A stretch of DNA of 64,000 nt. Source: Verrucomicrobiota bacterium (GTDB lineage: Bacteria > Verrucomicrobiota > Verrucomicrobiia > Opitutales > Opitutaceae). This document shows positions 37,694 to 47,101 of the stretch, piece after piece. Position 1 is the stretch's first letter; every line of letters starts with the position of its first letter. The stretch covers positions 14,215-78,214 of the forward strand of contig JBEPTW010000001.1 of NCBI GenBank assembly GCA_041691855.1. The letters run 5' to 3'. The notes below the pieces were generated by a model. It was not told the origin of the DNA and did not search any database. It saw only the letters and a program-made list of their open reading frames with translations. The translations under genes were made by a program, and so were the position numbers.

Positions 37694-39088
37694 ATGCAAA
37701 CCAATCGAATCAGTGTTTCGGTATTCGTCTTAACTGCCGCCTCGGCGGTTTTTTCCCTAACTTCTCCATGCGGTGCGGCCGCTGCTGCGACTATCAGCTC
37801 CGCGGAATGGACCAAACCAGACTGGCTGGGAGAATTGTCGTTTTCGGCGAAAGAAAGCTACGACGATAATCTCCTCGGCGTCTCCGGCAAGGGGTTGAAA
37901 CCAGAGTCAGCGTGGGTCAGTTCGCTTTCCTTCAAGCTGGGCATGAATTTTGTGCCGTTGCTCGAAAAGGACAGCGTCGTCAAAACGTTTACCTTGGCTT
38001 ACATCCCGGAAAAATCCTGGTACGATGGAAATTCGTCCGAGAATTATTCTTCGCACCGGATCAATTCCGTGATCGCTGGCAAATCGGGCAATGTCTCCTT
38101 CAGTTTCGACAACGCGTTCCTTTACGTTGACGGCAACAAGGAAGCCCCGACTTACGCGCTGAACCAGTTTGCTGGCGCGGCCGCGAACCAGAATGACAAG
38201 TTCCGCAATAATTATGCGCACGCTTCCGCCCGCGAACGCCGCGCCCAAGTGCAGGATCGTTACACCGCTTCTTTGCAGTATGCCTCGGGAAATGTTTTCG
38301 TTCGGGCGGCCTCCGCGATGGCGCTTTTCGATCTCGATACCAATCTCCACAATTCCGCGCAGGCTCCTTACAAGGGATATCAGAACTACATTGACCGTTA
38401 TGACCTCAATGGGGGCTTGGATTTTGGTTATAAAATAACCCCGGATATTGCGCTGACGCTGGGCTACCGCGACGGATATCAATATCAGCAAAAATTTGAT
38501 GTGGCGATCAGCGGAGACCAGCATGCGTCTTCCAACCATTACCAACGCGTTCTATTCGGCGTTGAAGGCAAACCAGTCCAGTGGCTCACGGTGAAATTGG
38601 CTGTCGGCCCGGATGCCCGCAAATATGAGGCGAGTGCAGCCATCGCCGATCTGCGTACCACCCGTTTTTATGCCGAGGGTTCTTTCTCCGCCACGCTGCC
38701 ACATAGTCAGTCACTGTCGCTCACCTACAAACAATGGTTGTTTGTTGGCAGCACCGGTCTGGCTCCTTACGATGATATTGCCTTTGGTCTCGCCTATCAT
38801 TGGAGCGCGACCAAGCAGCTCGGCTTCGATCTTGGGTTCAAATATGTTGAGGCTAACTATACGATTGGAAATGACGTGGCCGGTTCAGCGCCTGCTTTCC
38901 GCGACGATCTCGATTACGTGTACTCGGTCGGCGCCACTTACGCCTTCACTTCGCACCTGCTCCTCAGCGCCTCCTTCGTTTACGACCAAGCCAAGAATGG
39001 TTTGGACGGTCTGGCGGCAAGCTACGGCCCGTCCTATCGTGAATTTCAGCACGGGCTGAGCACAGTCGGCATCCAATATAAATTCTGA
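37694..39088 (+). CDS. Outer-membrane beta-barrel protein
   Basis: Signal peptide, many amphipathic strands, C-terminal VGIQYKF. ATG at 37694. Confidence 0.8.
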   Translation: MQTNRISVSVFVLTAASAVFSLTSPCGAAAAATISSAEWTKPDWLGELSFSAKESYDDNLLGVSGKGLKPESAWVSSLSFKLGMNFVPLLEKDSVVKTFTLAYIPEKSWYDGNSSENYSSHRINSVIAGKSGNVSFSFDNAFLYVDGNKEAPTYALNQFAGAAANQNDKFRNNYAHASARERRAQVQDRYTASLQYASGNVFVRAASAMALFDLDTNLHNSAQAPYKGYQNYIDRYDLNGGLDFGYKITPDIALTLGYRDGYQYQQKFDVAISGDQHASSNHYQRVLFGVEGKPVQWLTVKLAVGPDARKYEASAAIADLRTTRFYAEGSFSATLPHSQSLSLTYKQWLFVGSTGLAPYDDIAFGLAYHWSATKQLGFDLGFKYVEANYTIGNDVAGSAPAFRDDLDYVYSVGATYAFTSHLLLSASFVYDQAKNGLDGLAASYGPSYREFQHGLSTVGIQYKF

Positions 39089-39113
39089 GTGATGACGCTG
39101 GTTCGCAGCCCTG

Positions 39114-39259
39114 GGCTGTGTCTGGTAAATAAACTAGCGCCAATCAACTCTGCTCGGGCGCGTAGAGCCGTCGCTTGCGACGTGCCGTTTTTCGCGCGCG
39201 AGGCCGGCGCAAGCTCCGGCCCTACAGCAAGCGACGCAAGTTATTTCCCAGACACGCCC
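39114..39259. mobile_element. 146-bp MITE, copy 3
   Basis: Same terminal repeats and same length as 12512-12657, flanked by TG on both sides. Confidence 0.85.
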
Positions 39260-39309
39260 TGGGCGTTAACTTCGGTATTTCTGGGTTAATTAATCCAGGT
39301 AACACTCCC

Positions 39310-39338
39310 ACGGTGGTCGTATTCGCCACCGTTTTTTT
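39310..39338 (+). terminator. Intrinsic terminator of the barrel gene
   Basis: acggtgg-tcgtattcg-ccaccgt hairpin followed by a T-run. Confidence 0.7.
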
Positions 39339-39454
39339 CGTTCCGCTTTGGGGCAGCGCATTCCTGCTTCGCCTCGGATGATCCTAGGCCCGAAAGTTTT
39401 GTTGCGGGTTGCAAATCCACCAGTCGGGGGAAGCGATTCATCCGCGCAACGGTG

Positions 39455-40555
39455 TTACTCCTGGCCGGCAGACAGCATCATTTCGGCCGCGGTGGGAGGA
39501 ATGTGTTGCTCGATGCGTTCGCGCACGGTGCGAAGGCTTTCGTTCACGAGTTCGCCCATCGTGTTGCATTGCTGGAAACGAGCGACTTGAAAATGGGCGG
39601 CGAGGCCTTCGCGCAGGGAATGGACGTTTTCCTCGGGCGCGATGGCGTCGTTTTTCATCGCGGTGAGCAGTGAGTTCAGGCGGACCGCGGCGAGCTCAGC
39701 GCGTTGCAACAACAGCGTCTGTTCTTCGCGCTGGTACTGGTAGGCGGTTTTCGGATGCAGATGCCGGTTGCAGAAATCGACCAAGCGCACGTTCTCCTTG
39801 AAAAATTGGGGGAGATAGAAGTTCTTCCGACCGGAATGAGATTGCTGGTCGAAATCCATCGCGCGAATCCGCACCTGCCAGCCTTCGAAGTCGGGCGTCA
39901 GGACCACGACGAAATTATAGCTCCGCATGTCGCCGAGCAGGCGTAAGAAACAGCGTTCATTGAACTTCACCAATTCCTTCGCAATGCGGATCGGCCGGAG
40001 TTCCTTTCGGTTCAGCCAGTCATTGATGAAAACGTCGCCTGGCACGCCCGCGATATGTTCCTCGACGAGCGTGTTTTCGTGCGTAAGAAAATTGAGCCGG
40101 TTGGGTGAAAGCAGATGTTCCAGCTCCAACCCGTAAACCCGCGAGGCATCGGCTTTCTTGATGTAGAAATAGTCGGGGTTGTCATTGTAAGCATTGACGA
40201 TCCGGATGCGAAACGGCGTGGAGTTTCCGAAACTGCAGAAATCGATGCGATCAATGTAAAGATGCTCCATGATCGAGAAGTCCCCATCGACCTTCAGCAG
40301 GGCGTAGATTCGTTTCAGGCCTTCGTTGAGCGCACTGATGTCGCCGGATTGGTAGATGACGGAGTCCCACAACGTCGCGCGACCATCGGCGTCGGCGAGG
40401 GGAAACGCCTCGTGAAAATGTCGGAGACGTTCGTAGGTGACAGGCAAGGTGCGCTCGCGTCGGAATTTCCGGAGATAGTCCCGCAAGGGCGCACCGATCG
40501 GATAACTCGGTTTTTTCTGAGTGCGTTTGGCTTGCGGTGGCGCGGGTTCCTCCAT
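39455..40555 (-). CDS. Uncharacterised protein with atypical (PI3K/PI4K/HipA-like) kinase motifs
   Basis: FYIKKAD (ATP-binding Lys), LVEEHI hinge, LLGDMRSYNF (DxxxxN loop), IRAMDFDQ (DFG-like). Confidence 0.6.
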   Translation of the reverse strand: MEEPAPPQAKRTQKKPSYPIGAPLRDYLRKFRRERTLPVTYERLRHFHEAFPLADADGRATLWDSVIYQSGDISALNEGLKRIYALLKVDGDFSIMEHLYIDRIDFCSFGNSTPFRIRIVNAYNDNPDYFYIKKADASRVYGLELEHLLSPNRLNFLTHENTLVEEHIAGVPGDVFINDWLNRKELRPIRIAKELVKFNERCFLRLLGDMRSYNFVVVLTPDFEGWQVRIRAMDFDQQSHSGRKNFYLPQFFKENVRLVDFCNRHLHPKTAYQYQREEQTLLLQRAELAAVRLNSLLTAMKNDAIAPEENVHSLREGLAAHFQVARFQQCNTMGELVNESLRTVRERIEQHIPPTAAEMMLSAGQE

Positions 40556-40645
40556 GGCCAGAAACGTAATCTGCCGGATAAGCGACGCAATGCGCGACTG
40601 ACCGGTCGGCGTTTTGCGGTCATTGCGCTGAGCGCCGACAGCTTG

Positions 40646-41533
40646 TTATGAAGCCAACAATCTCGTGCCCACGGTGATGAGCCGCGCCCGCAACGGTTGG
40701 CTTCGCGTCGCGAAATCGCGTTGATGCGTTTCATACTCGGCGCGTCCCTCGGGTGTTTCGATGCGAACAGGGGGATAACCGAGCTTTTGAAAATCGTAGG
40801 GACTCGCGCGCATGTCGATCTCGCGGATATCGCGGGCGAGCGCGAAACAATCAGCGGTCAGTTCGCTCGGCGTGAACGGGGAAAATTTGAATGCCCACTT
40901 GTAGAGGTCCATGTTGGCATGCAGGCAACCGCGTTGCTCGAATTGCGGTGCGGTGGAACGAGTTGGTTGAAGCTTGTTGAGCGGACGCGCCGGCTCGGTG
41001 AAAAAACGAAATGCGTCAAAATGGGAACAGCGGATCGGCTGCGCTTCGACGATCCGCGCCAGTTCATCGGGCGGAAAGCGCAACGGCCACGCATTGTGGC
41101 GCACCTCGTCCGGCGTTTGACGGTAAACCATGGCCCATTCATGCAGTCCGAAGCAGGCGAACTGTGGTGCGCGCTCGGAGGTCAATCGCAATAGATTCAC
41201 CATCCACGCGAGGCTCTCACGTCGGTGGGATTCCAAGGAGGCGACGTTCAACGCCACGCCGCCTTCGACTTCATGATAGTCGGACCAGCGAAGAAATTCA
41301 CGGGCAGCTTCGCCACTGAGAATGACATCCGGTCCTGGATGCCAGCGCTCCAGCCAGCTGGGGCGAAACCGATAGTATTCAAACAGAAAATCATGCACGG
41401 GATGCTTCTCGCCGCGCTCCCGTCGCGCTCGATGAGGCTTGGTCCACTCCGTCACGCGTTCCTCGTGGGCACGCTTCCGGCCAAGCCAATCGGCCTCGGC
41501 GAGAATTTGCGTGGTGGCATTGGTCGTGAGCAC
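40646..41533 (-). CDS. Conserved hypothetical protein with Cys/His motifs
   Basis: HPVHDFLFEYY, CFGLHEWAMVY, CSHFDAFRFFT, EQRGCLHANMDLYKW, DMRASPYD. Start estimated at GTG 41533. Confidence 0.65.
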   Translation of the reverse strand: MLTTNATTQILAEADWLGRKRAHEERVTEWTKPHRARRERGEKHPVHDFLFEYYRFRPSWLERWHPGPDVILSGEAAREFLRWSDYHEVEGGVALNVASLESHRRESLAWMVNLLRLTSERAPQFACFGLHEWAMVYRQTPDEVRHNAWPLRFPPDELARIVEAQPIRCSHFDAFRFFTEPARPLNKLQPTRSTAPQFEQRGCLHANMDLYKWAFKFSPFTPSELTADCFALARDIREIDMRASPYDFQKLGYPPVRIETPEGRAEYETHQRDFATRSQPLRARLITVGTRLLAS

Positions 41534-41620
41534 AGGGTCACGATGCGCGTCGTCGTTATTCAGGCAAGGATCGGTTGGAAGTCCAACCTCGGACCGTTCC
41601 ACATTGGGCAAAGCGTCGGT

Positions 41621-42532
41621 TCAGGTCATCCTTGCGAGAAGTCGTTTCACGCCCTCGATAGGCGGCGTGTCCATGAAATGCAATTCGACTGGCCAGTTCA
41701 TTTTGGCGACTGCGTCGTGTAATGCGCCTGCGACGGAAGCACTATTTAAAATTCGGCCACTCACTCCGCAGGGAAATTTTCCGGTGGATTTTGGGAAGAG
41801 TCGGCCAATGAGCTGGTCGGCCTGTTGCGCCAAGCCATCGACGGAGTCGGTCACAACCTGTCGGGCGGCTCCGCAGTTGTCGTCGGCGAGCGCAAGGACG
41901 CGCGGCGCGAAACGGGCGATTTTGGCGTTGGCCTCGGGGTCGTTGTAGAAAAACCGGGAGTTCGAGGAATAGTCCGCGAGACCGGTGTGTTCGCGCAGCG
42001 CGACGAGCAATGGTGAAGGCGGACTGGAACCGGCGGTGAAGTTTTGTAGTTCCAGCAGTGCGACGCCGAGCGCGCGCCGGCCGATATCAAAACCACTGCC
42101 GGGGTCGCCAAATTTCCAGCCGAGCCCGCCGACGTAATGAACCGCGCCGTCCCGTCCTCGGGCGGCGATGAACGAACCGGTGCCTGCGTGGAGTACGAGG
42201 CCTGGAGCACCGTTGGTGGCGAGTTCCAGCACGGGAAGCGAATCATCGAGCGTCGTGACGGTCCCGAAATCCTTGAGCGCTGCCGCGGTTTCCCGCCAGA
42301 ACGCACCGCTGCCTGCCATGCACAACAGCGCATGCGAAACCGGGCCGGGATGTTTCGCCGTCAATTCGTGCAGCGCCGTCGTCAGAATTGCGCGGGCCTG
42401 TTCGCCTCCGACTTGGCTGGGGTTGCAACCGTTGGCGATGTGTCGCGCGAGTTCAGCGCCGCCGGAATCGAGTAGGATTAGTTCGGTCTTTGTGCCGCCG
42501 CCATCCACGCCGATTTTGTAGGACTTCGTCAC
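41621..42532 (-). CDS. BadF/BadG/BcrA/BcrD ATPase family, N-acetylglucosamine-kinase-like
   Basis: IGVDGGGTKT, LHAGTGS, GGLGWKFGDPGSGFDIG. Start estimated at GTG 42532. Confidence 0.87.
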   Translation of the reverse strand: MTKSYKIGVDGGGTKTELILLDSGGAELARHIANGCNPSQVGGEQARAILTTALHELTAKHPGPVSHALLCMAGSGAFWRETAAALKDFGTVTTLDDSLPVLELATNGAPGLVLHAGTGSFIAARGRDGAVHYVGGLGWKFGDPGSGFDIGRRALGVALLELQNFTAGSSPPSPLLVALREHTGLADYSSNSRFFYNDPEANAKIARFAPRVLALADDNCGAARQVVTDSVDGLAQQADQLIGRLFPKSTGKFPCGVSGRILNSASVAGALHDAVAKMNWPVELHFMDTPPIEGVKRLLARMT

Positions 42533-42591
42533 GCTGACGACGAAAGTCGTGAATGCGGTCCAGCCCAAGTTTCTTTTTTGAAAGCGGGCAT

Positions 42592-42618
42592 AAAAAAGCG
42601 CGACCCGCAGGTCGCGCT
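42592..42618 (-). terminator. Intrinsic terminator of the TonB-domain gene
   Basis: agcgcgacc-cgca-ggtcgcgct hairpin with an A-run on the 5' side. Confidence 0.7.
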
Positions 42619-42642
42619 GAAAAATACGAGGGTGGCTTTCGT

Positions 42643-43836
42643 TTAGTTGGAAGCCATCTTCTGGCCGAAAACGAAGGGCACCGTGACGCGGGATGCGGTC
42701 GCGACGCCATTGCGAATGGCGGGATTGAAGGTCCACTGCTTGGCAACATCGAGAATAGCAGAGTTAAACGCGTCGTGGGAACCTTCGGCGATGGAGACAT
42801 CGTCCACGGTCCCGTTGGCATTGAGGACGAAAACGGCGCGGGCAAAACCGCTGGCGCCCATTAGCTCATCCGGCACAACGGGTGCGACAGAGGTGCGGAT
42901 GGTGGGCATTTTGTCGACCTGAGCGACGGAAACGGTGCCTTTCCCGAATTTCAACGGTTCGATCGCGTTTACTGGGACGGCGACACCGTTTTTGAGGACC
43001 GGCTGGAACTTCCATTGAAGAACGGTGGCGCGGGCGATCTCGCCGAATTCGGGATGGGTGGTCGATTGGACCGTTGCGGCGATGACATAGCCGTGGGTAT
43101 CGACCGTGATCGCGATGCTCGCTTCGCCATGGGAGTCGGCGAGGGTGTCCGGCAGCGATGGGCTGGCTTGGCGAATCGGAACGAGTTTATCGTTGTCGAC
43201 CAACTGGGCTTTCGCAATCACGCCGAAAGCCGTTTCAGGTGATCCAATGAAGTGAAACGGAAGATACACTTTGCTCGAAATAGCGTGGCCGCGGATCGTG
43301 GCCGGTTTGAAGGTCCATTTCTTGGCCGCAGCGAGGCAGAGGTCATTTAATTCCACATGGGTGGACTTGAGCACTTCCGCGTCAATGGTCTCTCCGTTTG
43401 AATCGACGGCAAGGGCAACGGTAACGTCCCCGCAGATGTGGGCTAGCTCGTCGGGAACTTCTGGTTCCTCTTTGTTGCGAGGTTCAGGACGGGTTGCTGC
43501 AATTGAGGTCGTGTCGATCGTATCGCCGCCAAAACGGAAAGGCTGGACGAACGTCTCGGTCGGAGACGTCGGTGCGGTATAGCGCCATTGGCGGATTGCC
43601 CTCAGGCAGGGGCCCTCAAGCTTGTAGTTGGAGGAACTTTTCACCGTAGCGCTGGAGACGTAGCCGTTCTCGTTGAGCGTCAGCTGGAGTTCGACCTGCC
43701 CTGAAGTTAATGCCAGATCCTGCGAAACCACAGGTGCGACGGTGTCGATGGGCGAGGGGATTTGGCCGGCAAACATCGATACCGACGCAAGCTGACCGAG
43801 AAGAGCCAACAGTAGGAGTGGGTAGGATTTTTTCAT
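42643..43836 (-). CDS. Protein with four tandem TonB C-terminal domains
   Basis: Four repeats of G-x-V..V/N..G..V..S..A..QW.F/Y.P..P.F after an N-terminal signal/anchor. Confidence 0.8.
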   Translation of the reverse strand: MKKSYPLLLLALLGQLASVSMFAGQIPSPIDTVAPVVSQDLALTSGQVELQLTLNENGYVSSATVKSSSNYKLEGPCLRAIRQWRYTAPTSPTETFVQPFRFGGDTIDTTSIAATRPEPRNKEEPEVPDELAHICGDVTVALAVDSNGETIDAEVLKSTHVELNDLCLAAAKKWTFKPATIRGHAISSKVYLPFHFIGSPETAFGVIAKAQLVDNDKLVPIRQASPSLPDTLADSHGEASIAITVDTHGYVIAATVQSTTHPEFGEIARATVLQWKFQPVLKNGVAVPVNAIEPLKFGKGTVSVAQVDKMPTIRTSVAPVVPDELMGASGFARAVFVLNANGTVDDVSIAEGSHDAFNSAILDVAKQWTFNPAIRNGVATASRVTVPFVFGQKMASN

Positions 43837-44168
43837 AACTCAGGGATTGGATTTTTGATGAATAAACGTCCATGAGATGGGCGTTGGAGCTAATTTCTGT
43901 AGGGGTTTTCACTTACAATGGCCCATGATTCAATTGCATAACGATTGCGGTAATATTGTTTACCATTTTTTGCAGTTCTTTTAACAACCCTAACAAATCG
44001 ATCCATTTTCCTGCTGCTCGGTAAAGGGATGCAATAATATAATAACTCATTTATAATTAGTTATTAATGTAATTAAATTACGCGGTTGATCGCGCGCGAC
44101 GGGTCAGACCAGAATGGGCAAAAATGGCCCATTCATAGCTTATTCTGACCCGAACGACCTCGGGACAA

Positions 44169-47042
44169 TTAAGGCACCGACGGACGCGATAGGGCTGGTG
44201 ACGCTTTCAATACGATCGTATCCGCAGTCAACCCGCTTCCACTCGCCGTGAGCTTAAGTTCGCCGGCATGTTTCGATGATTGAACGATGATCTGTGCGAG
44301 TCCGTTGAATACGCTGCGGCTCCAGTGCGTTGGCGCAGGAGGATTGATCTTTCGCCACGCAACACCGTGGCTGAGGCCGCCGGTGGGAGTCCGCGTGCGG
44401 GCGAGAATCGCGATCGAGTTTTCTCCCGAGTGGATGAGGGATTTCACTTCAAAAATTGAAGCGGATTGTCCGTCGCTCACGTCCGCGACTTTCACGCCAT
44501 TCAAATAGATGGTCGCTTTCCCGATGATTTTGCCGAACCACAATTCAAGGGCGGGCGCGTTGAGATCGGCTTCCGTCACGGCCAGTTTTGCGCGGAGGAA
44601 GGCTTCGCTGTTGGGCGCGAGCGTGTCTTGGTCGCCACTAAGATCCACATTGCTCCAGGTTGAATCGTCGAAGTTGGCCGCCAACTCAGGTTGGGTTTCA
44701 GTATGCTCCACCGGCACGTTTTTTGTCTTCCAGCCGTCAATCGGCTGAGTGATGACCACAGGATGCGCCACGTACTTGTCCGGTTCGTGGCAACTCGGGT
44801 CGCCGTTGCCGACCCCCATGATCCGACCGGGACCGTCGAGCGTGAAAGAGAGCGCGTTATTGGCGACCGGCACCACGCGGCCTTGGGCGTCGCTGACGGA
44901 AACGGTGATGACGGAAATATCTTCGCCATCGGCGTTGATCGTAGCGCGATCCGGCGTGAGGTGTACGGCCGCCGCCGCACCGGTGGTTTCGATCTGCGTT
45001 TCAATCACCAGCGTCCCGTCCTTGAATCCCTTGGCGAAGAGCGTGCCCGGAGTGTACGGGACTTTCCATTTCAATTCGGAATCGTGCTTCATCGTAAGGC
45101 GGCCGAGACTCTTTTGATTGAGGAAAAGCTCCACCTCGTCGCAATTGCTGAGCGCGCGGACATCAATCACACGGCCTTCCTTGCCGGCCCAATTCCAATG
45201 CGGTAACAAATGCAGGACTGGCTGCTTCGTCCACCACGCGCGATAATACCAGAAATTGTCCTTCGCGAATCCGCAGGTGTCGAACACGCCAAAATGCGAA
45301 TTCACACACGGCCAGCCGTAGGGCGTGGGTTCGCCGCGGTAGTCGAAACCGGTCCAGATAAATCCACCGGACAACCACGGACGCGCATCGAAGAAGGTCC
45401 ACCATTCTTCAGCGGTATTCGACCAGCGCTGGGGATTGTCGTCATAAGCGGTCACGTATCCACGGACCGGATCGGCCTCGTAAATCCCGCGGGTGGAAAC
45501 CGTGCTGCCCTGTTCGCTGCCGACATTCGGCTGGTTCGGATGGGCCGCGTGATAGGCATCCATATTATTCACTCCGATGTGGTAGCTCCAGCCGCGGACA
45601 TCGACCGCCGAGTTGATGCCTTCGAACACGTTGCCAAGATCGGAGTTGACCGTCACTTGGCGGGTCGGATCGAGTAGTTTGACCTTTACCTTCATGGTGG
45701 CCGTCGCGCGACCCCCGGCGGGAGTGGCTTGGGTGTTAAATTCCTCGTTGGCGAGTGACCAGAGGACAACGCTGGGGTGATTGCGGTCGCGCCGCACCAA
45801 GTCCTCGAGCCATTGCAAATGTTGCGCGTCGCTGCCGAGCAGACGGTTTTCGTCTATCACCAACATGCCGAGACGGTCACAGGCTTCGAGCACTTCGGGC
45901 GTCGGCGGATTATGCGACGAGCGATAGGCGTTGGAGCCCATTTCCTTCAACTTCCCAATGCGAAAATATTGCAGTCGATCTGGCAGTGCAGAACCCACGC
46001 CCGCGTGATCCTGGTGGTTGCATGTGCCCTTGATCACGTAAGGTTGGCCGTTCAGCAGGAAGCCGCGATTCGCGTCGAACGCGATCGTGCGAATGCCGAA
46101 TTCGGTCGTCTGTTGGTCGACAATTTTTCCTCCGGCACTGACGGTCGTGGTGAGATGATAAAGCCGCGGATTTTCCGGCGACCAGAGTTCGGGCGAGGCA
46201 ACGGCGGCGGTCTGCCGGACATCACTCGCGACGCCCGCGCTGGCGTTAACTGATTGCTTCGCCGAGGCGACGGTTTTGCCATCGGGTGAGGAAATTTCCC
46301 ACGAAACTTCGGCGTCGGCTGCGGTCGTGAGTTTGTTGTCGACCTGCGCCTGCAAATGAATCGTCGCGTCGCCGGCCGGTACGTTTTGGGGAAACTCGCT
46401 GTATACAAAAACGCTCTCTGGCGCGAGTGCGACCGCGTCGGTCTTGACCAGCCAAACGTGGCGATAAATGCCCGCGCCTTCGTAGAACCAACCTTCCGGG
46501 TGAGTCGCGTCCACCAGGACGGCGATGACGTTTTTCTCCCCGCATCTTGCGACGTCGGTGATGTCGTAGCGGGCCCCGCCATAGCCGGAGTCGTTGTGAC
46601 CGACAATCCAGCCGTTAACGAAAACCGACGAATCGCGGAAAGCGCCATCGACCTCGATCCAAAGCCGTCGACCCTGGTCGGATGCGGGCAGTTCAAACGT
46701 GCGCCGGTACCAAGCCACGCTGTTATCCGGAAACGCTTCACCCACCGCGCGGAATCCATGTGAGGCGTCCGCGCGTGGGTCGAAAGGCAACTCGATGGCC
46801 CAGTCGTGGGGCAAATTAACCGGACGCCAGCTCGCATCGCTGAACGCCATGTTGGCCGGACCGCGCCCCGAGCCGGATTTGTCGAGTCTTTGGCCGATGT
46901 CCCATTCATTCCCGAGGTGGAATTTCCAGCCGAAATCAAACAGCAGGCGATCGCGCGGCGAGGGAGCGGCGGAAGTTTCCGCCGCCGGCGCGTGCAGCGA
47001 AAACAGACCGAGTGCAAAAAGAGCGACGAGGAGGCGAGCCAA
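44169..47042 (-). CDS. Secreted glycoside hydrolase family 2 (beta-galactosidase-like)
   Basis: GWFYEGAGIYRHVW, HQDHAGVG, RSSHNP, WSLANEE (acid/base), GSE (nucleophile), IWTGFDYRGEP. Confidence 0.92.
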   Translation of the reverse strand: MARLLVALFALGLFSLHAPAAETSAAPSPRDRLLFDFGWKFHLGNEWDIGQRLDKSGSGRGPANMAFSDASWRPVNLPHDWAIELPFDPRADASHGFRAVGEAFPDNSVAWYRRTFELPASDQGRRLWIEVDGAFRDSSVFVNGWIVGHNDSGYGGARYDITDVARCGEKNVIAVLVDATHPEGWFYEGAGIYRHVWLVKTDAVALAPESVFVYSEFPQNVPAGDATIHLQAQVDNKLTTAADAEVSWEISSPDGKTVASAKQSVNASAGVASDVRQTAAVASPELWSPENPRLYHLTTTVSAGGKIVDQQTTEFGIRTIAFDANRGFLLNGQPYVIKGTCNHQDHAGVGSALPDRLQYFRIGKLKEMGSNAYRSSHNPPTPEVLEACDRLGMLVIDENRLLGSDAQHLQWLEDLVRRDRNHPSVVLWSLANEEFNTQATPAGGRATATMKVKVKLLDPTRQVTVNSDLGNVFEGINSAVDVRGWSYHIGVNNMDAYHAAHPNQPNVGSEQGSTVSTRGIYEADPVRGYVTAYDDNPQRWSNTAEEWWTFFDARPWLSGGFIWTGFDYRGEPTPYGWPCVNSHFGVFDTCGFAKDNFWYYRAWWTKQPVLHLLPHWNWAGKEGRVIDVRALSNCDEVELFLNQKSLGRLTMKHDSELKWKVPYTPGTLFAKGFKDGTLVIETQIETTGAAAAVHLTPDRATINADGEDISVITVSVSDAQGRVVPVANNALSFTLDGPGRIMGVGNGDPSCHEPDKYVAHPVVITQPIDGWKTKNVPVEHTETQPELAANFDDSTWSNVDLSGDQDTLAPNSEAFLRAKLAVTEADLNAPALELWFGKIIGKATIYLNGVKVADVSDGQSASIFEVKSLIHSGENSIAILARTRTPTGGLSHGVAWRKINPPAPTHWSRSVFNGLAQIIVQSSKHAGELKLTASGSGLTADTIVLKASPALSRPSVP

Positions 47043-47101
47043 GGAATTTTTCCTAGCTGAACGGAAGGGAAAATGCGGGTAACCGAAAACAGGTTTTGAA
47101 C

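Noticed and set aside
43837-44168. Riboswitch or LacI operator in the AT-rich intergenic region
   Set aside because: Only a short ggtaa-N6-ttacc palindrome; no recognisable riboswitch core or symmetric LacI site.
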